This document shows positions 25,501 through 38,000 of a stretch of DNA of 64,000 nt, in pieces. Each line of letters starts with the position of its first letter. Position 1 is the stretch's first letter. A model generated the notes under the pieces. The model saw only the letters and a program-made list of their open reading frames with translations, was not told where the DNA came from and searched no databases. This stretch comes from Fimicolochytrium jonesii (lineage: Eukaryota): positions 620,001 through 684,000 of the forward strand of contig NW_026515676.1 in NCBI RefSeq assembly GCF_025526975.1, written 5' to 3'. The position numbers and the translations under genes were made by a program.

Positions 25501-27817
25501 AGCTATTATTACAGCTCCTACGCTCACGTCTTACAACCCAGAGCGAGATTTATACGTGTTTACGGATGCATCGGGTTTTGCAATAGGAGGATGGCTCGCC
25601 CAGCCAGCGGACCCAATGGAGCTTTACCCATCACCCTTGCCTACCTTCGTGAAGGGATTTAAGAATCTGCCACCATTAAAGCCGATAATTTTCTTTGGGC
25701 GGAAGATGCAGTCCGCTGAAACACGTTACCCCGTGCACAAACGAGAGCTATTAGCTCTGGTTAAGATATGCAAGGCAAATAGGCATTACTTTCAGGATCG
25801 GACGAATGATCGCCCATTTTGAGCCTTCACTGATCATGCTAGTTTGGGGAATATTACGATGGAGGATTGGATACAAAGCTTGGAGACTGATGAGTACTTC
25901 ACTTCTCGGAAAGATGCGTTGTCACAGCCAAAGGAACGGCGGTCTAAGTTTGATCGGCGTTTTTCGATTGATGAGCATGGTTGTTTGCTGTATCACGATA
26001 GGTTCTACGTGCCAGCTCCTTTACGAGGAACTCCATTGCAAGCGTACCACGGCTCGTTGCTTTCTGGCTCGCGTACGGGGGTACAAGGCACTTTGGGCAA
26101 GCTCCTACGCGAGTTTCACTGGCCCAATATGGACGCAGATGTGAGAAGGTACACCAAGACCTGTGGGTCTTGCCAAAGGTTCAAGGTGCCAATGAATCAG
26201 CGTGTTGGCTTACTTTGTTCGCTCCATATTCCCGACCGACGTTGGCACACAATGGGCATGGATCCTGTTGGAGGTATCATCCTCCCGAGTCCTTATTTAG
26301 GGTTCCCGTAGCTTAGTCCCCGGTTAGGGTTCTAGTAGTTAAGTTCCCCTTGTGACTCACCTCCCGCTTACGCCACGCTTCCGCGTACGGGACTTCACTC
26401 TTTTCTTCCCCTCCGGACCTCACGTCCGCTTTCTACTCCATAAGACTTTTCTACACAAGACAATACATACTTCACAGTACAGCATTGCACACTACATAGA
26501 GTTTGCTCAGTCATCTGCTTCCTCTGCCGACTACTGCTAAGTGATCCTGTCTTGATGCCAATAACACGGTCGTGGGGGGGGGGGGGGGGGAGAAGGTGCA
26601 TAGTGATGCGTTCTATGACAGTATTATTGTCTTCATTGACTCTCTATCATCGTGCGCGTACTTTATATCTGCAACATCCACAATAACTGCCAAGGAGTTC
26701 GCCCAGCTTTACTTCCGTGAAGTATGGCGCCATAAAGATACTGTAGCTGTGATCATCGGAGATCGAGATCCCTGCTACCTGGCGGATTTCTGGAAGGTGT
26801 TTCAATCGTTGTTGGACTCTAAGCAGAGCTTGAGCACGGCACGACACCAACAGATGGATGGAAAGGTCAAACGGAGTATTGCTATCTTGAACAAGATCCT
26901 TAAACCGTACCTTACTGTAACAAGAGATGATTGGGTTGACAAACTGCCATTGTTGGAGTTTGCGTACAACCGTACGCAGAACAGCACTGGATACTGCCCT
27001 TTCGAGGTTGAATTGGGTAGGATTCCGCAGGCGCCGATGCATTGGCAGGTTGACGCAAAGGTGTTGCAACGTATGGACGATACGTTGATCCCATTCTTGC
27101 ATAAGTCACAACGTGAGCTCATTGTACAGATGGAGAAGCGTGCTGAGGCATACCTATCCAATAAACTCATTGTGCAGCAGAGACTGCGGGAAGCCCAGGA
27201 CAAACAAGCGAAGTATCACGATCGTGGATGTCATGTACAGAGCTTTAGTCCATGGGATGAAGTACTGTTGAACAGCGAGGGGATCACAATCTCTGCTTTC
27301 AACAAAAAGCCGCTCAAGTTTCGACAGAGCTGGCTTGGACCCTTCATTGGGAAGGAGGAAGGACCACCCGGAAACGTACGAGTTAGAGCCGCCAGCACTG
27401 ATGGGCACTCTTTCCCCGGTCTTCCATATGGATCTCTTGAGGCCATGGCACAAGCCAACTTCAGATCTGCTGCACATCAACGATGTAGAGGACTCTAACC
27501 GAGGGCCCATCCAAGTCGAAGGCAAGGAAGAATACTATGTCGATAAGATTATCTGATGTAGGTTGGTCCATGGAAAACCTCAGTATCTTGTTCAGTGGGT
27601 TGGTCGGCCACCTGGGCAGACAACATGGGAAACGCATGAGCAAGTGAAAGACTGCGCTGCACTGGATGACTTCATCTTGGTCCATGGTCAAGCAGAATAC
27701 GTTACAGATCTAAGGGAACTGAGGCTCTGCAACGCAAGAGTGCACGATTGACTGGAAGCCATGAATGATCTGTAGCTGGAAGAGACCTTCTGTGCAAGAA
27801 AAACTTCGGATATCGCT
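22503..27817 (+). mobile_element. Gypsy family B copy B3, LTR-less internal region (gag, PR, RT, RH, IN, chromodomain), pseudogenised
   Basis: ORF pieces 22557-23592, 24372-25367, 25556-25822, 26572-27498 and 27563-27751. Confidence 0.92.
26266..26542 (+). repeat. solo LTR of family C (277 bp, TGTTGG..CTAAGT), TSD GATCC
   Basis: GATCC at 26261-26265 and 26543-26547; empty site visible in B4 at ~33933 (ATGGACCCTGTCTTGATG). Confidence 0.93.
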
Positions 27818-30800
27818 GAGAGGTCACTAAGACTGGTTCGCCGATGACTGAGGGACGTAGCTGCCCAAAGGGCAGTGTTGTGATGTAGAAGACAGTAGTG
27901 TGGCTAGAGTAGTGCGATAGAAAGTAGTGTATTGAAGAGGATAAAGTGAAGAGAGGGGATGGGCAACAGGTCTGCCTTTTATACGAATCTGGGGCTTCTT
28001 TCTTGGGGATTTAGCTATGCGCTGGGGCGTCCAAAGCACCCTCTGAGACCCCCTCAGAACGCCCAAGGCGTCTCTGAGTGCCGCAGTTAAGGTTGGTAAG
28101 GTTTTGCCAAGTCTGTGTAGCCTGGTGATGCCCCCATGGATGTCTGCCAAGTCCGCGGAGCCCGCGGAAGGTGCTACAGGCTTCCACAAGCTCATTAAAA
28201 CCCAATCTAGCTACTACAACTCGATCACAGCTCCATACGGGCATTACTGACCGCTAGGAGCTCTAAGAACTTCATGAAAGCGCAGTTTTGACGCATGGAT
28301 GTCTGGGAAACGGTCCAGACATCTTAAGAGCCTCCCAAGATGCGTCCTAAGTCTTGCAGAGCCTTGTAAGTGCCGCATCTTGATGCTATCTCAATACTCC
28401 CTCTCACTTGAAGGCTGTGCAGCCTCTAAGTGCATCGCAGCTCTCAGACGTGTGAAGTCCGGCATGGGGAGGGGTTTGGTGAGCGCATCAGCTATCATCT
28501 CCTTTGTTGGGCAGTACTGGAGGGTAACTGTCTTGTGTGCGACTTGTTCACAAATGAAGTGGTATCGGATGTCGATGTGCTTGGTTCCTGCATGGTGAAC
28601 TGGGTTTGTGGCAAGTGCCATAGTTCCTTGGTTGTCTTCCCAGATGACTGTGGGGCCTTGGACGAGTCCTGTCTTGTCTTGGTGCGTGCTCAGTTCTCTG
28701 AGTAGAGATCTGAGCCACATGGCTTCTTTACAGGCGTCTGTGAGTGCCATGTATTCGCCTTTGGTGGAGGAGAGTGTTGTAGTGCGTTGTTTGCGTGATT
28801 TCCAGCTTACTAGACCACCGAAGGTGAAGAGGTATCCTGTGGTCGATCTTTGAGTGTCTGGGCAGCCTCCCCAGTCTGAGTCTGACCATCCCACGAGTTT
28901 GGGGGTTCCTTGGACGGCTCCGAGTCGAAGTTGGTAGTTTTTGGTTGTCTTGAGATACGCCAGAATGCGTCTGACAGCTTTCCAATGTCCTTTGCCTGGA
29001 TTGGCTAAGAACTGGCTCACAGCTCCAACTGCTTGGGCTATGTCTGGTCTTGTGCCGATCATTGCGTAGATCAGACTGCCTACAATGGCTCGATAGGGCT
29101 TGTTCTGCATCTCTGCAGTCTCTTCAGGCGTTTGAGGTGCCATTTCCTTGGTGAGAGGGCTTCCCACGACGCTGGGAGTTGACACAGGCTTGCAATCGGT
29201 CATCCCGTATGTTTCAAGGCATTTTTCGACAGCGTTGAGCGTCAGGAGTCGTTTGGCTCGGTCTCGAGTGACTAGGAGACCCAAGAAGTAGTGCAGGGCA
29301 CCTAGATCACGCATTTCGTACGCCTTCTGAAGTTCCTTGGCCTTGAAGCTGTCAACATCGAGTCTCTTGTTGCTCATAAGTATGAGATCGTCCACATAGA
29401 GGATCAGGATGAGTAGCCAGCCCTCAAGGAACCTGATATCGACGCAATGGTCTGAATCAAGACGAGTGAAGCCTTTCTCAACGAGAGTGCCGTGGATTTC
29501 GATGTTCCATTCCCTGGGGGCTTGTTTAAGACCATAGAGTTTCTTCTTGAGTTTAAGCACGAGATGCTCTTCTCCTGGCTTGATGTAGCCCGGTGGCTGC
29601 TTCATATAGATCTCCTCACTGAGTGTCGGGTTCAGGAATGCGGTGGACATGTCCATTTGGTCCATTTCAGGGTCCTGAGCTGCTCCCCATGACAGGAGAA
29701 GCCGAATGGTGTCGAACTTGGCCACTGGTGCGAATGTTCCGTTGTAGTCAACTCCCTCTTCTTGTGAGAAGCCTTGGGCGACTAGTCTGGCCTTGTAGCG
29801 TTCGATACTGCCATCAGCATTCGTCTCGATCTTGTAAATCCACTTGCAGCCGATAAGGTTGCGATCTTTGGGTGCTGGACAGAGCTCCCAGGTGCCGTTC
29901 TTGACGAGGGGTGCGTATTTAGCATCCATGGCTTCCTTCCACTTGGCTGAGTCGTTCGAGTTTAAAGCTTGCTTGAGGGTTTTGGGCTCTGTGTGCAGTA
30001 CTTCGGTAGCCAGGGCAAAGGCAAGGTTGCTTTGGCGTACTCGAGTGCTCTGGGAGCGTGTGATGCGGCCGTAATGCACCATATCGTCATCTTCCTGGTC
30101 TTCCTGGTCGTCTAGGTCCTCTGGGGCCTCTGCCCATTGATCAGTGTCAGGTTGTGGGTTGGGAGATGCGTCAGGGAGCTCAGAATCCCCCCCTGCAGCG
30201 TGCGGGCCTAATTCGGTGGTGTCTGTGGGCTTGGGTGCGTGTGAAACGATGTTGTCAGGCTCAGGATCGAATTCAAAGCTAGCTAAGCTGTCATAGGAGC
30301 GATCTGACGTGTCTTCATGTGTATCTTCGTTGTCCAGGCTGTTGTAGAACTTGTTTTCATTGAACTGGACGTCTCTTGATTCGATAATGGCGCCCTGATC
30401 ATCGGGTTCGAGTAACTGGAGGCTCCAGGCTTTGCTGGAAGAGCTATAGCCGAGAAAGAGGCACTTCTGGGCTTTGTTGTCCAGTTTTCCTCGGTTTTTC
30501 TTGAGTACCATAGCATAAAGCTATGCATCCAAACACTCTGAGATGAAAGAGGATGGGTTTGCGACCGAAGAAGGCTTTGTATGGCGTCTTGGAGTTGTCT
30601 AGGGCAACCGTAGGGCACCAATTTCTAATGTGGACAGCTGCAAGCGGCGCTTCTCCCCAGTACTCGTGTCCTAGACCAGCCTGGGTGAGTAGGCAGCGTG
30701 CCATTTTGACTAGAGTTCGATTCATACGTTCTGCTATTCCGTTCTGCTGTGAGGTGTCGGTAGCAGCGCGCTGATGTTGGATTCCAGCCTTTCTGAGTGC

Positions 30801-31775
30801 GAGGGTGAATTGGATGGATTTGTATTCGCCTCCTTTGTCCGATCTGAGGACTTTGATGGATTTCCCAGTCTGTTTCTCCATAAGAGCCTTGTATTCCTCC
30901 CATGCATCAAAGGTATCGCTTTTCTTGCGTAGGAGCTTGACCCAGACGATTCTGGACTTGTCATCAACGAATGATGCGAAGTAGGTACATCCCCCAAAGG
31001 TAGACGTCCTCATGGGGCCACAGAGGTCAGTGTGGATGAGTGCGAGGACATCTGTGGCTCGGGTAGCTTGTTTCTTCGGGAAGGGAGCTCTGGACTGCTT
31101 GGAGAGCGTGCAGAGTTCGCAGATGTGGCCATCCGGATGTCCGGTGACAGTGATATCACGTTGGTAGCCGTTGGTGAGCTTCTGGACATCTTGGGCATTC
31201 AGATGACCGAGTCTCTGATGCCAGATATGAAAGGGTGTGCTACGAAGTGCGCCTGCTGAGTAGGCGTGTTCAGGGGTAGCCTGGGGTGTCATGGTGTAGA
31301 GGCCGTTGTCCTTGAGAGCTCTGAAGGCGGGAGCGCCGTCCGGTCTTGATTGTGCATTCTGCACTCGAAAACTCGACCTGTGCTCCGTTCTCAGTCAGCT
31401 GGGCTACTGAGGTGAGGTTCTTTTCCAGTTTCGGAACGAACCAGACGTTTCGAAGGGTGCCAGCGTGCTCCCCTTGTGTTCTAATCGAGATGGAACCTGT
31501 TCCGTTGCCTAGGACTGGCCGGTTATCAGCTAGCTGGACCTGGATCTCAGCTTCCAGCGTTTTGTAGTCCTGGAGCCAATCCATGACATGTGTCATGTGT
31601 GAGGAGGCTCCTGAATCGAAAATCCAGCACTCTGGGCGAATTTCCGTGCGTTTCATAGCTGCCATGAAGGGGAACCCGGTTCCCTGGCTGGCCTGGTGTG
31701 GTTCGGCTTGATTCGCATTGTTGGCTTGAGCTAGCTCTCGTTTGAGCTTCTTGCACTCGTTCTTCCAGTGCCCTT
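27816..31775 (-). mobile_element. Ty1/Copia family F copy 2 (PR, IN, RT, RH, 3' LTR 27816-28396)
   Basis: WIFDSGAS, integrase core, YKARLVAQG, LYVDD, SDSDWGG and KHIDIRYHF motifs; Copia domain order. Confidence 0.95.
28391..31665 (-). pseudogene. pol: Copia F pol (PR-IN-RT-RNase H), frameshifted
   Basis: ORFs 31270-31665, 30444-31364 and 28391-30511; the stop codon lies in the first 6 nt of the LTR (TAT TGA). Confidence 0.92.
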
Positions 31776-33598
31776 CTTGGATTTGTTCTTCTTCTTCTGA
31801 GGTAGCGTGGAAGTAACGTGGGCAGCGGATGCGCCCGACTGAGGCGTACTCGGGGTCTTCTTGTTGAGCTGGGCGGCTATATGAATCGCGGCTTCTTGAG
31901 AAGGACTAAGTCTATCGTCGTACTGAGCCTGAGCAGTGCTCAGGGTACTAAGATTCTTAGGAAGGGCTTGAAGGAAGTCGGCACAGAGCACGTATTCCGG
32001 GAGCCCAGGGAGTTGTCCAGCCAAAAGGTTGAACTGGTCGACGAGTTCGGTTAAACCTTGATGGTTAATTGACTTGGGCTCCAGAGCGCGCAGTGTGTGA
32101 AGAACTTGCGGCAGATGAGTCCAGGGAATGAAGCGCCTTAACATCGCGGAGCGTAATCCGAGTTGCTGGGGCAGTCCATAGTTGTCTTGAATATCGTGCC
32201 ATGAAGTTATGGAGAAGCGCTCGTTTTCAGGAAGGCTTTTCCACCACTGGAGAGCTGGTCCAGTGAGCGCGTTGACGACGAAGTCTACGCATTCGGAAGG
32301 CGAAATCATCTGGTACTTCATAATCACGTCGATGTGATCAAGGAACCCTTGAAGCTTGGTAACATTGGGGTCGCCGTTGTAGGTGCCAAGTTTACTAAGC
32401 GTAGTGTTGATGAAGACTTTGGAAGCTGATTTGCCGGCCGTAGGGGGTGTTACGGGAGTAACAGATCTCACAGATGCACTTTCGTGTGGAATATCAGCGG
32501 AAGGAGGGCTTTGAGAACGGGTTTGAAAGTAAGGATGCCGTTCCGGGGCTTTATAAGCGTATGGGACGGAGTAGGCCATAGCGCGCTGAGGAGGCGCATG
32601 GGGTGCCAGCGACACAGAGGTCATATATGGCACATTTGCCTGGATAGGGCTAGTCGAATAATGAGAGCGAGTGCTGTTCACTGGCGACTGAGCGAGAGGG
32701 TTCACGGAGGGGACGGTAGGTCCGCCTTGTTGTGGCGCTCGGCCCGAATTCAAGAGCAAGGTAACCAATCCAGTCAGATCGGCTATTTGATCCTTCATTT
32801 GAAGCATCTCCTCTTCCCGCTTGACAGGCAAAGGTTCTTCCTGAATGGAATCCATCAGGAAGGGGATGTTTTCGGTTCCGGTATGTCCGTGTCATTCAGG
32901 CGCATCCACATATGGCGTGGTTGCGTCTTTCCATTCTGCAATAGTAGCAGAAAGTTCCTCTTTCCTCTCCTTGTCATCCACAAATTCACCAGGCATTTTG
33001 TAAGGCGGGGTAGGTGTTGGTTCACTGCGTAAGTCGGCATGACGGGCTACGCCTTCATTAAGCGGAGTACGTGAGTCAATGCCAGTGCGCTGATCAATAG
33101 ATTCAGAACTCTTAACAGCAGGTTGAAATTCCTTTCCTCCTCCTTTAGTAGCTGCAGGCAGGGGTCCCAGGAGAGCTCCTCCTTGGGACCGGGTGTGGTG
33201 AGCGGAGGGCTTGCCGGCTGTCACTGCAGCTGCGTAGCCCTTCTGAGGTTGGGTTGTTGAATCCTTAGGTGGCATGGTGCTTTCTATGCGAGCGGTGACT
33301 GGAGACCGTGAGTTCTTTATCCTGGAACGTCCGCTAGTTGCGGGCGAAGCCAGGGCTCATAACCACTTAGCAGTAGTCGGCAGAGGAAGCAGATGACTGA
33401 GCAAACTCTATGTTGGGTGAGATGTAGTACTGTGAAGTATGTATTGTCTTGTAGTAGAAAAGAGGACGCGAGGTCCGAAAGGGAAGAAAAGAGTGAAGTC
33501 CCGTACGCGGAAGCATGGCGTAAGCGGGAAGGAAGTCACGTGGGGAAATAAACTACGGGAACCCTAAACGGGGACTCGGGAGGATGATACCTCCAACA
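31776..33598 (-). mobile_element. family C element, 5' part (LTR 33365-33598, PBS 33351-33364, gag), fused to Copia F pol
   Basis: PBS GGTTATGAGCCCTG; gag pieces 32892-33275 and 31776-32855 (YNGDP..LTGPALQWW..FLQALP). Confidence 0.82.
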
Positions 33599-34293
33599 AA
33601 TTCTTCGCTTTGCGCAAAGAGGCGTTCTCACAGCCGAAGGAACAAAAGTCTACATTTGCTCGGTTTTTCGATCGATGACTATGGTCGTTTACTGTACCAT
33701 GATAAGTTCTATGTGCCAGCTGCTTTACGAGGGACTGTATTGCAGGCGTACCATGACTCATTGCTCTCTGGCTCGCATACGGGGGTACATGGTACATTGG
33801 GCAAACTCCTATGTGAGTTTTACTGGCCCAATATGGACGCAGATGTGAGAGGGTACATCAAGACCGAAGAATAAGCGTGTTGGCTTACTTCGTTCGCTCC
33901 CAGTACCCGACCGACTTGGCACACGATGGGTATGGACCCTGTCTTGATGCCAATAACACGGTCATGGGGGGGAAGGTGCATAGTGATGCGTTGTACGACA
34001 GTATTATTGTCTTCATCGACTATCTGTCAGGGCGCGCATACTTTATACCTGCAGCATCCACGATAACTGCCGAGGAGTTGGCCCATCTTTACTTCCGTGA
34101 GGTATGGCGCCATACAGGTACTGTAGCTGTGATCGTTGGAGATCGAGATCCCCGCTACCTGGCAGATTTCTGGAAGGTGTTCCAATCGTTGTTGGGCTCT
34201 AAGCAGAGCTTGAGCACAGCACGACACCAACAGACGGACGGAAAGAGTCGAATGGTGTATTTCTATCTTGAAGAAGATGATCAAGCCGTACCG
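33599..34293 (+). mobile_element. Gypsy family B integrase fragment B4
   Basis: LLYHDKFYVP, FYWPNM, IVFIDYLSGRAYF, GDRDPRY and HQQTDGK motifs. Confidence 0.85.
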
Positions 34294-34331
34294 TGAAGCT
34301 GGAGTTGTTGGAGCAAGAGGTCCGTGAACAG

Positions 34332-35056
34332 TGTAACGTCAGAGAAAACGTAGACGATATTGGGCCCTTCCGAGACGGCTGAGAGCAATGTATTGTAGTG
34401 AAGTAAAAAGTAAGAAGCTCTTTGCAGCGGCCGCTCGACTGACAGCTTTATATATGGGCTGCCAGTGGGGCTTGCGTGGCTTCAGTGAGGCTTGGCGCCT
34501 TATGTCATGTATCACCAAGAGCTCGGGTGGCCAGCCCGGGTCTCGGATCAAGTCGAAGTAAAGAGATATAATATGAAATACAAGTGAAGACGAGATATCC
34601 CCGACACCTCCCTCAGATCCTGAGGAGGGCGCCGAATAAATAAGAGGTGAACTACGAGGGATATGTGAAGAAAGGGAGAGCTCATGTTCATTTTCAAGTG
34701 TTGATGCACTTGTTCATTTTATAGTGTTGACGCACTGTGTGATGTGTGTGTTTGTGGCAAAGGCGTCCCTAAGCCGACGTCGTGTGTGATATGTGTGTGT
34801 AAGGTCGGTTCTTGCATCGCCGCACGTGATGTGATGTAGTTTATGTCACTATTGTCAGCGGTGTGATTGATAGTGAGCGGTTCTTGCGGCGTCGCGCGTG
34901 TGATGTGATATGAGATGCTCTATGCTGTCCGTCTCCGTATCCACAGAGATTGTGGGTGAGCTTTTCGTCATCGTTTGTAGGCAGGCGTGTAGCGAAGTGC
35001 GGATTCGGGTTCCCAAGTAGGGTCAGGATAACCGAGCCATTTGACTAGAAGATTTC
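34332..35056 (-). mobile_element. Gypsy family D 3' end: chromodomain tail, 3' UTR, PPT and 3' LTR 34332-34606
   Basis: Minus strand 35054-34968 reads NLLVKWLGYPDPTWEPESALRYTPAYKR-stop; PPT GAGGGAGG at 34607-34614. Confidence 0.85.
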
Positions 35057-38000
35057 TGTGATGTGGACTACCTTCCACACGGGTTGTTTAACTGATGTTC
35101 GTATACAATAACTACTTTGCTGTAAGGTATTGTAGACGGACTGGGTGTTCGCCGGCTCTGCTATGCGCCATGTAGTAGAAGAACTACTTGTTGTGCATAG
35201 GAACGCGCGACGAGCACTGTCAAAGTACCCATGAGGTCGGAGTCCACTGGAGAACACTGTCTGGGACATGTCTCGCACACATGGCGAGACAGGTCTCGCT
35301 GACGTGTCATTCTCCAATAAGACCAGACACTCCACATTATACACCCCCCAGATTCTACGACGCGACCCTGCCCAGCAAGCTCAAGCAGAGTAGAATATGA
35401 AGGTGTCCGGGATCCCACCCAGCGCAATCCTTAATGGTCCTTGTCGTCGTCGGTCCAAATAACCATGCAAAAAAGCCATGGCTTTTTGGCAGAAAGCCAT
35501 GGTTTGCCAACTGGACGTCAGAACAGTGTGTCATTCAGGAATGCTTTCCAGAAGACCGTCGTGGGTAGCGACCTTTGCAAACCATTCCAATTCAATGGTA
35601 TTTGCCATCCACGCTACCTGCTACCGGCAGCGGGCATCCCAGCTGTGAATGCAACGGGTGTGCTTTGTATCGCACGTTGCCTAATACAAGGTGTCGGGCA
35701 ATGGATGTACGCAACCATCGAGCCAACGAAGCTCTGTTATTCAGAGTCAACGCCTATGTGTATCTCCGGGCATACACACCACCGAGTCTCCAGGAGTGAT
35801 CAGTTCCTGCCTACTCATTACGGATGGCGGCCGTGAACGCATTTACCCTATGCGGATGTCGATTATCATTAAGGGGTTGTGTTAACACTCGTTCTGTGTA
35901 GCACATTGCAATCGCTTTCACAGCTTTTGACCTATGTTCAACGATATCGTAAACGAGAACTTCTCTATTCGATATCCGATGTTTTTAATGGACAGAAGGT
36001 CCCATCCGGCTACAGATCATTCATGGCCTCCAGCCAACCGTGCACTCTTGCGTCGCAGAGCCTCAGGTCCCTTAGAGACGCTTCCGCTTTCGCTTATCTG
36101 TTACGGATTCTACTTCACCATGGACCAAGATGAAGTCGTCTAACGCAGCGCAGTCTTTCACTCGCCCATGCGTTTCCCATGTCGTCTGCTCAGGTGGGTA
36201 ACCGACCCACTGAACAAGATACTCAGGTTTTCCATGGACCAACCTACGTCCGATAATCTTATCGGCATAGTATCCTTCCTCGCCTTTGACCTGGGCGGGC
36301 CCTGGGTTAGAGTCCCCTACATCGTTGATGCGCAGCGGATCTGAAGTCGGCTCGCGCCACGGCTTCAAGATATCCGTATGGAAGACCGGGTAGAGAGCGC
36401 CCATCAAAGCTGGCAGCTCCAGCTCGTACGTTTCCAGGTGTGGTCCTTCCTTCTTCACCTTTCATTTTACTCTTTCATTTCTTTCATTTTTAGTCATAGC
36501 TATTCACCCAACGTTCGCCCGCTTTTTGCGTACGGCCGCACCATTGTACTCATTGTTTAGATTTATCTTTCACTTAGATAGACTCGTGAGTTTGAGTGGG
36601 GGTGTTGGAGGTATCATCCTCCCGAGTCCCCGGTTAGGGTTCCCATAGTTTACTTCCCCAGGTGACTTCCCTCCCGCTTACGCCATGCTTCCGCGTACGG
36701 GACTTCACTCTCTTCTTCCCTTTCGGACCTTGCGCCCTCTTTTCTACTACAAGACAATACATACTTCACAGTACTACATCTCACACAACATAGAGTTCGC
36801 TCAGTCATCTGCTTCCTCTGCCGACTACTGCTAAGTGGATTTATCAGCCTCCAAGGTTCGTATCCAATCATCCAGCATAACATTCCCCAAGGGAATATAC
36901 TCGACGGACATCCCCACGGCCGCAGCGATTTCCACTCGCTTGTTCCACTCGGCGCAGCGAGGAGCATAAGAAGAATTCCGACTCAACACATCCGCGACGG
37001 TGTTCCAACGACCAGGTTGATATTCGATATCAAATTTGAATTGTTGCAGGAATTCAACCCATCGTGCTTGGCGATGGCTCAGGAAGGGCTGTGGCTGCTG
37101 CCAGACCAAACTAGCGTGATCGGTGAATGCGCGAAACGGGCAATCATTTGTCCGATCCTGCAAGTAATGCCTATTCGTCTTGCATATGCTAACCAGAGCT
37201 AATAGCTCCTGTTCATGCACGGGGTAACGTGTTTCAGCGGGTTGCATTTTCCGCCCAAAGAAAGCTATCGGCTTTAACGGTGGCAGATTCTTAAATCCCT
37301 TCACTGAGGTAGGCAACGGTGATGGGTATTGCTCCGATGGATCCGCCGGCTGGGCAAGCCATCCGCCTATTGCAAAACCTGATGCATCCGTAAACACGTA
37401 TAAATCTCGCTCTGGGTCGTAAGATGCGAGCGTAGGAGCTGAGATAATAGCTCCCATCAGCTTAACAAAAGCTTGTTCTTCGACATCGCCCCAGTGCCAA
37501 GGCCTTTTGCCCGACTGTAGCTCTGTCAATGGATACGCTATGTATGCATAACGATCGACGTATTGACTCAGGTAATTTGTCAACCCTAAGAAAGATTGGA
37601 CCTCTTTCTGTTTCGTAGGACGTGCAAAGTTTCGCACGGCGTCCAATTTCGAGGGTGCAATGGCCATCGTATCCTCTCCCAGGAGATGACCGCAGAATTC
37701 AAGCTCTTTCTGCATCCATTTGCACCTGGACGGCTTAACATAGAGTTTGTGCTCAGCGAGAACAGCCAAAACGATATCCACATGAGTGATATGCTCCTCG
37801 ACCGTTTCCGAGAAGATTAAGATATCATCCAGGTAAGATATGACATACGCATCTTGCATCTTCCCCAATATCTTATTGGTTAACCGTTGGAACGTTGCTG
37901 GCGCATTCCTCAACCCAAATGGCATAACCAAGTACTCAAAATGACCAAACCACGTCCGAAATGCGGTTTGGTCTCTATCAGCCTTGCAAACCAAGAGGCG

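Noticed and set aside
16112..34606. The two D LTRs as ends of one 18-kb element
   Set aside because: Wrong order: the PBS lies left of 16112 and the PPT right of 34606, so the internal regions point outward; the flanks GAAGC and AACAG do not match
34690..34920. GT-rich TGTGATGTG repeats as telomere-like sequence
   Set aside because: Irregular low-complexity 3' UTR of element D, lying between chromodomain and PPT; not a regular telomeric unit
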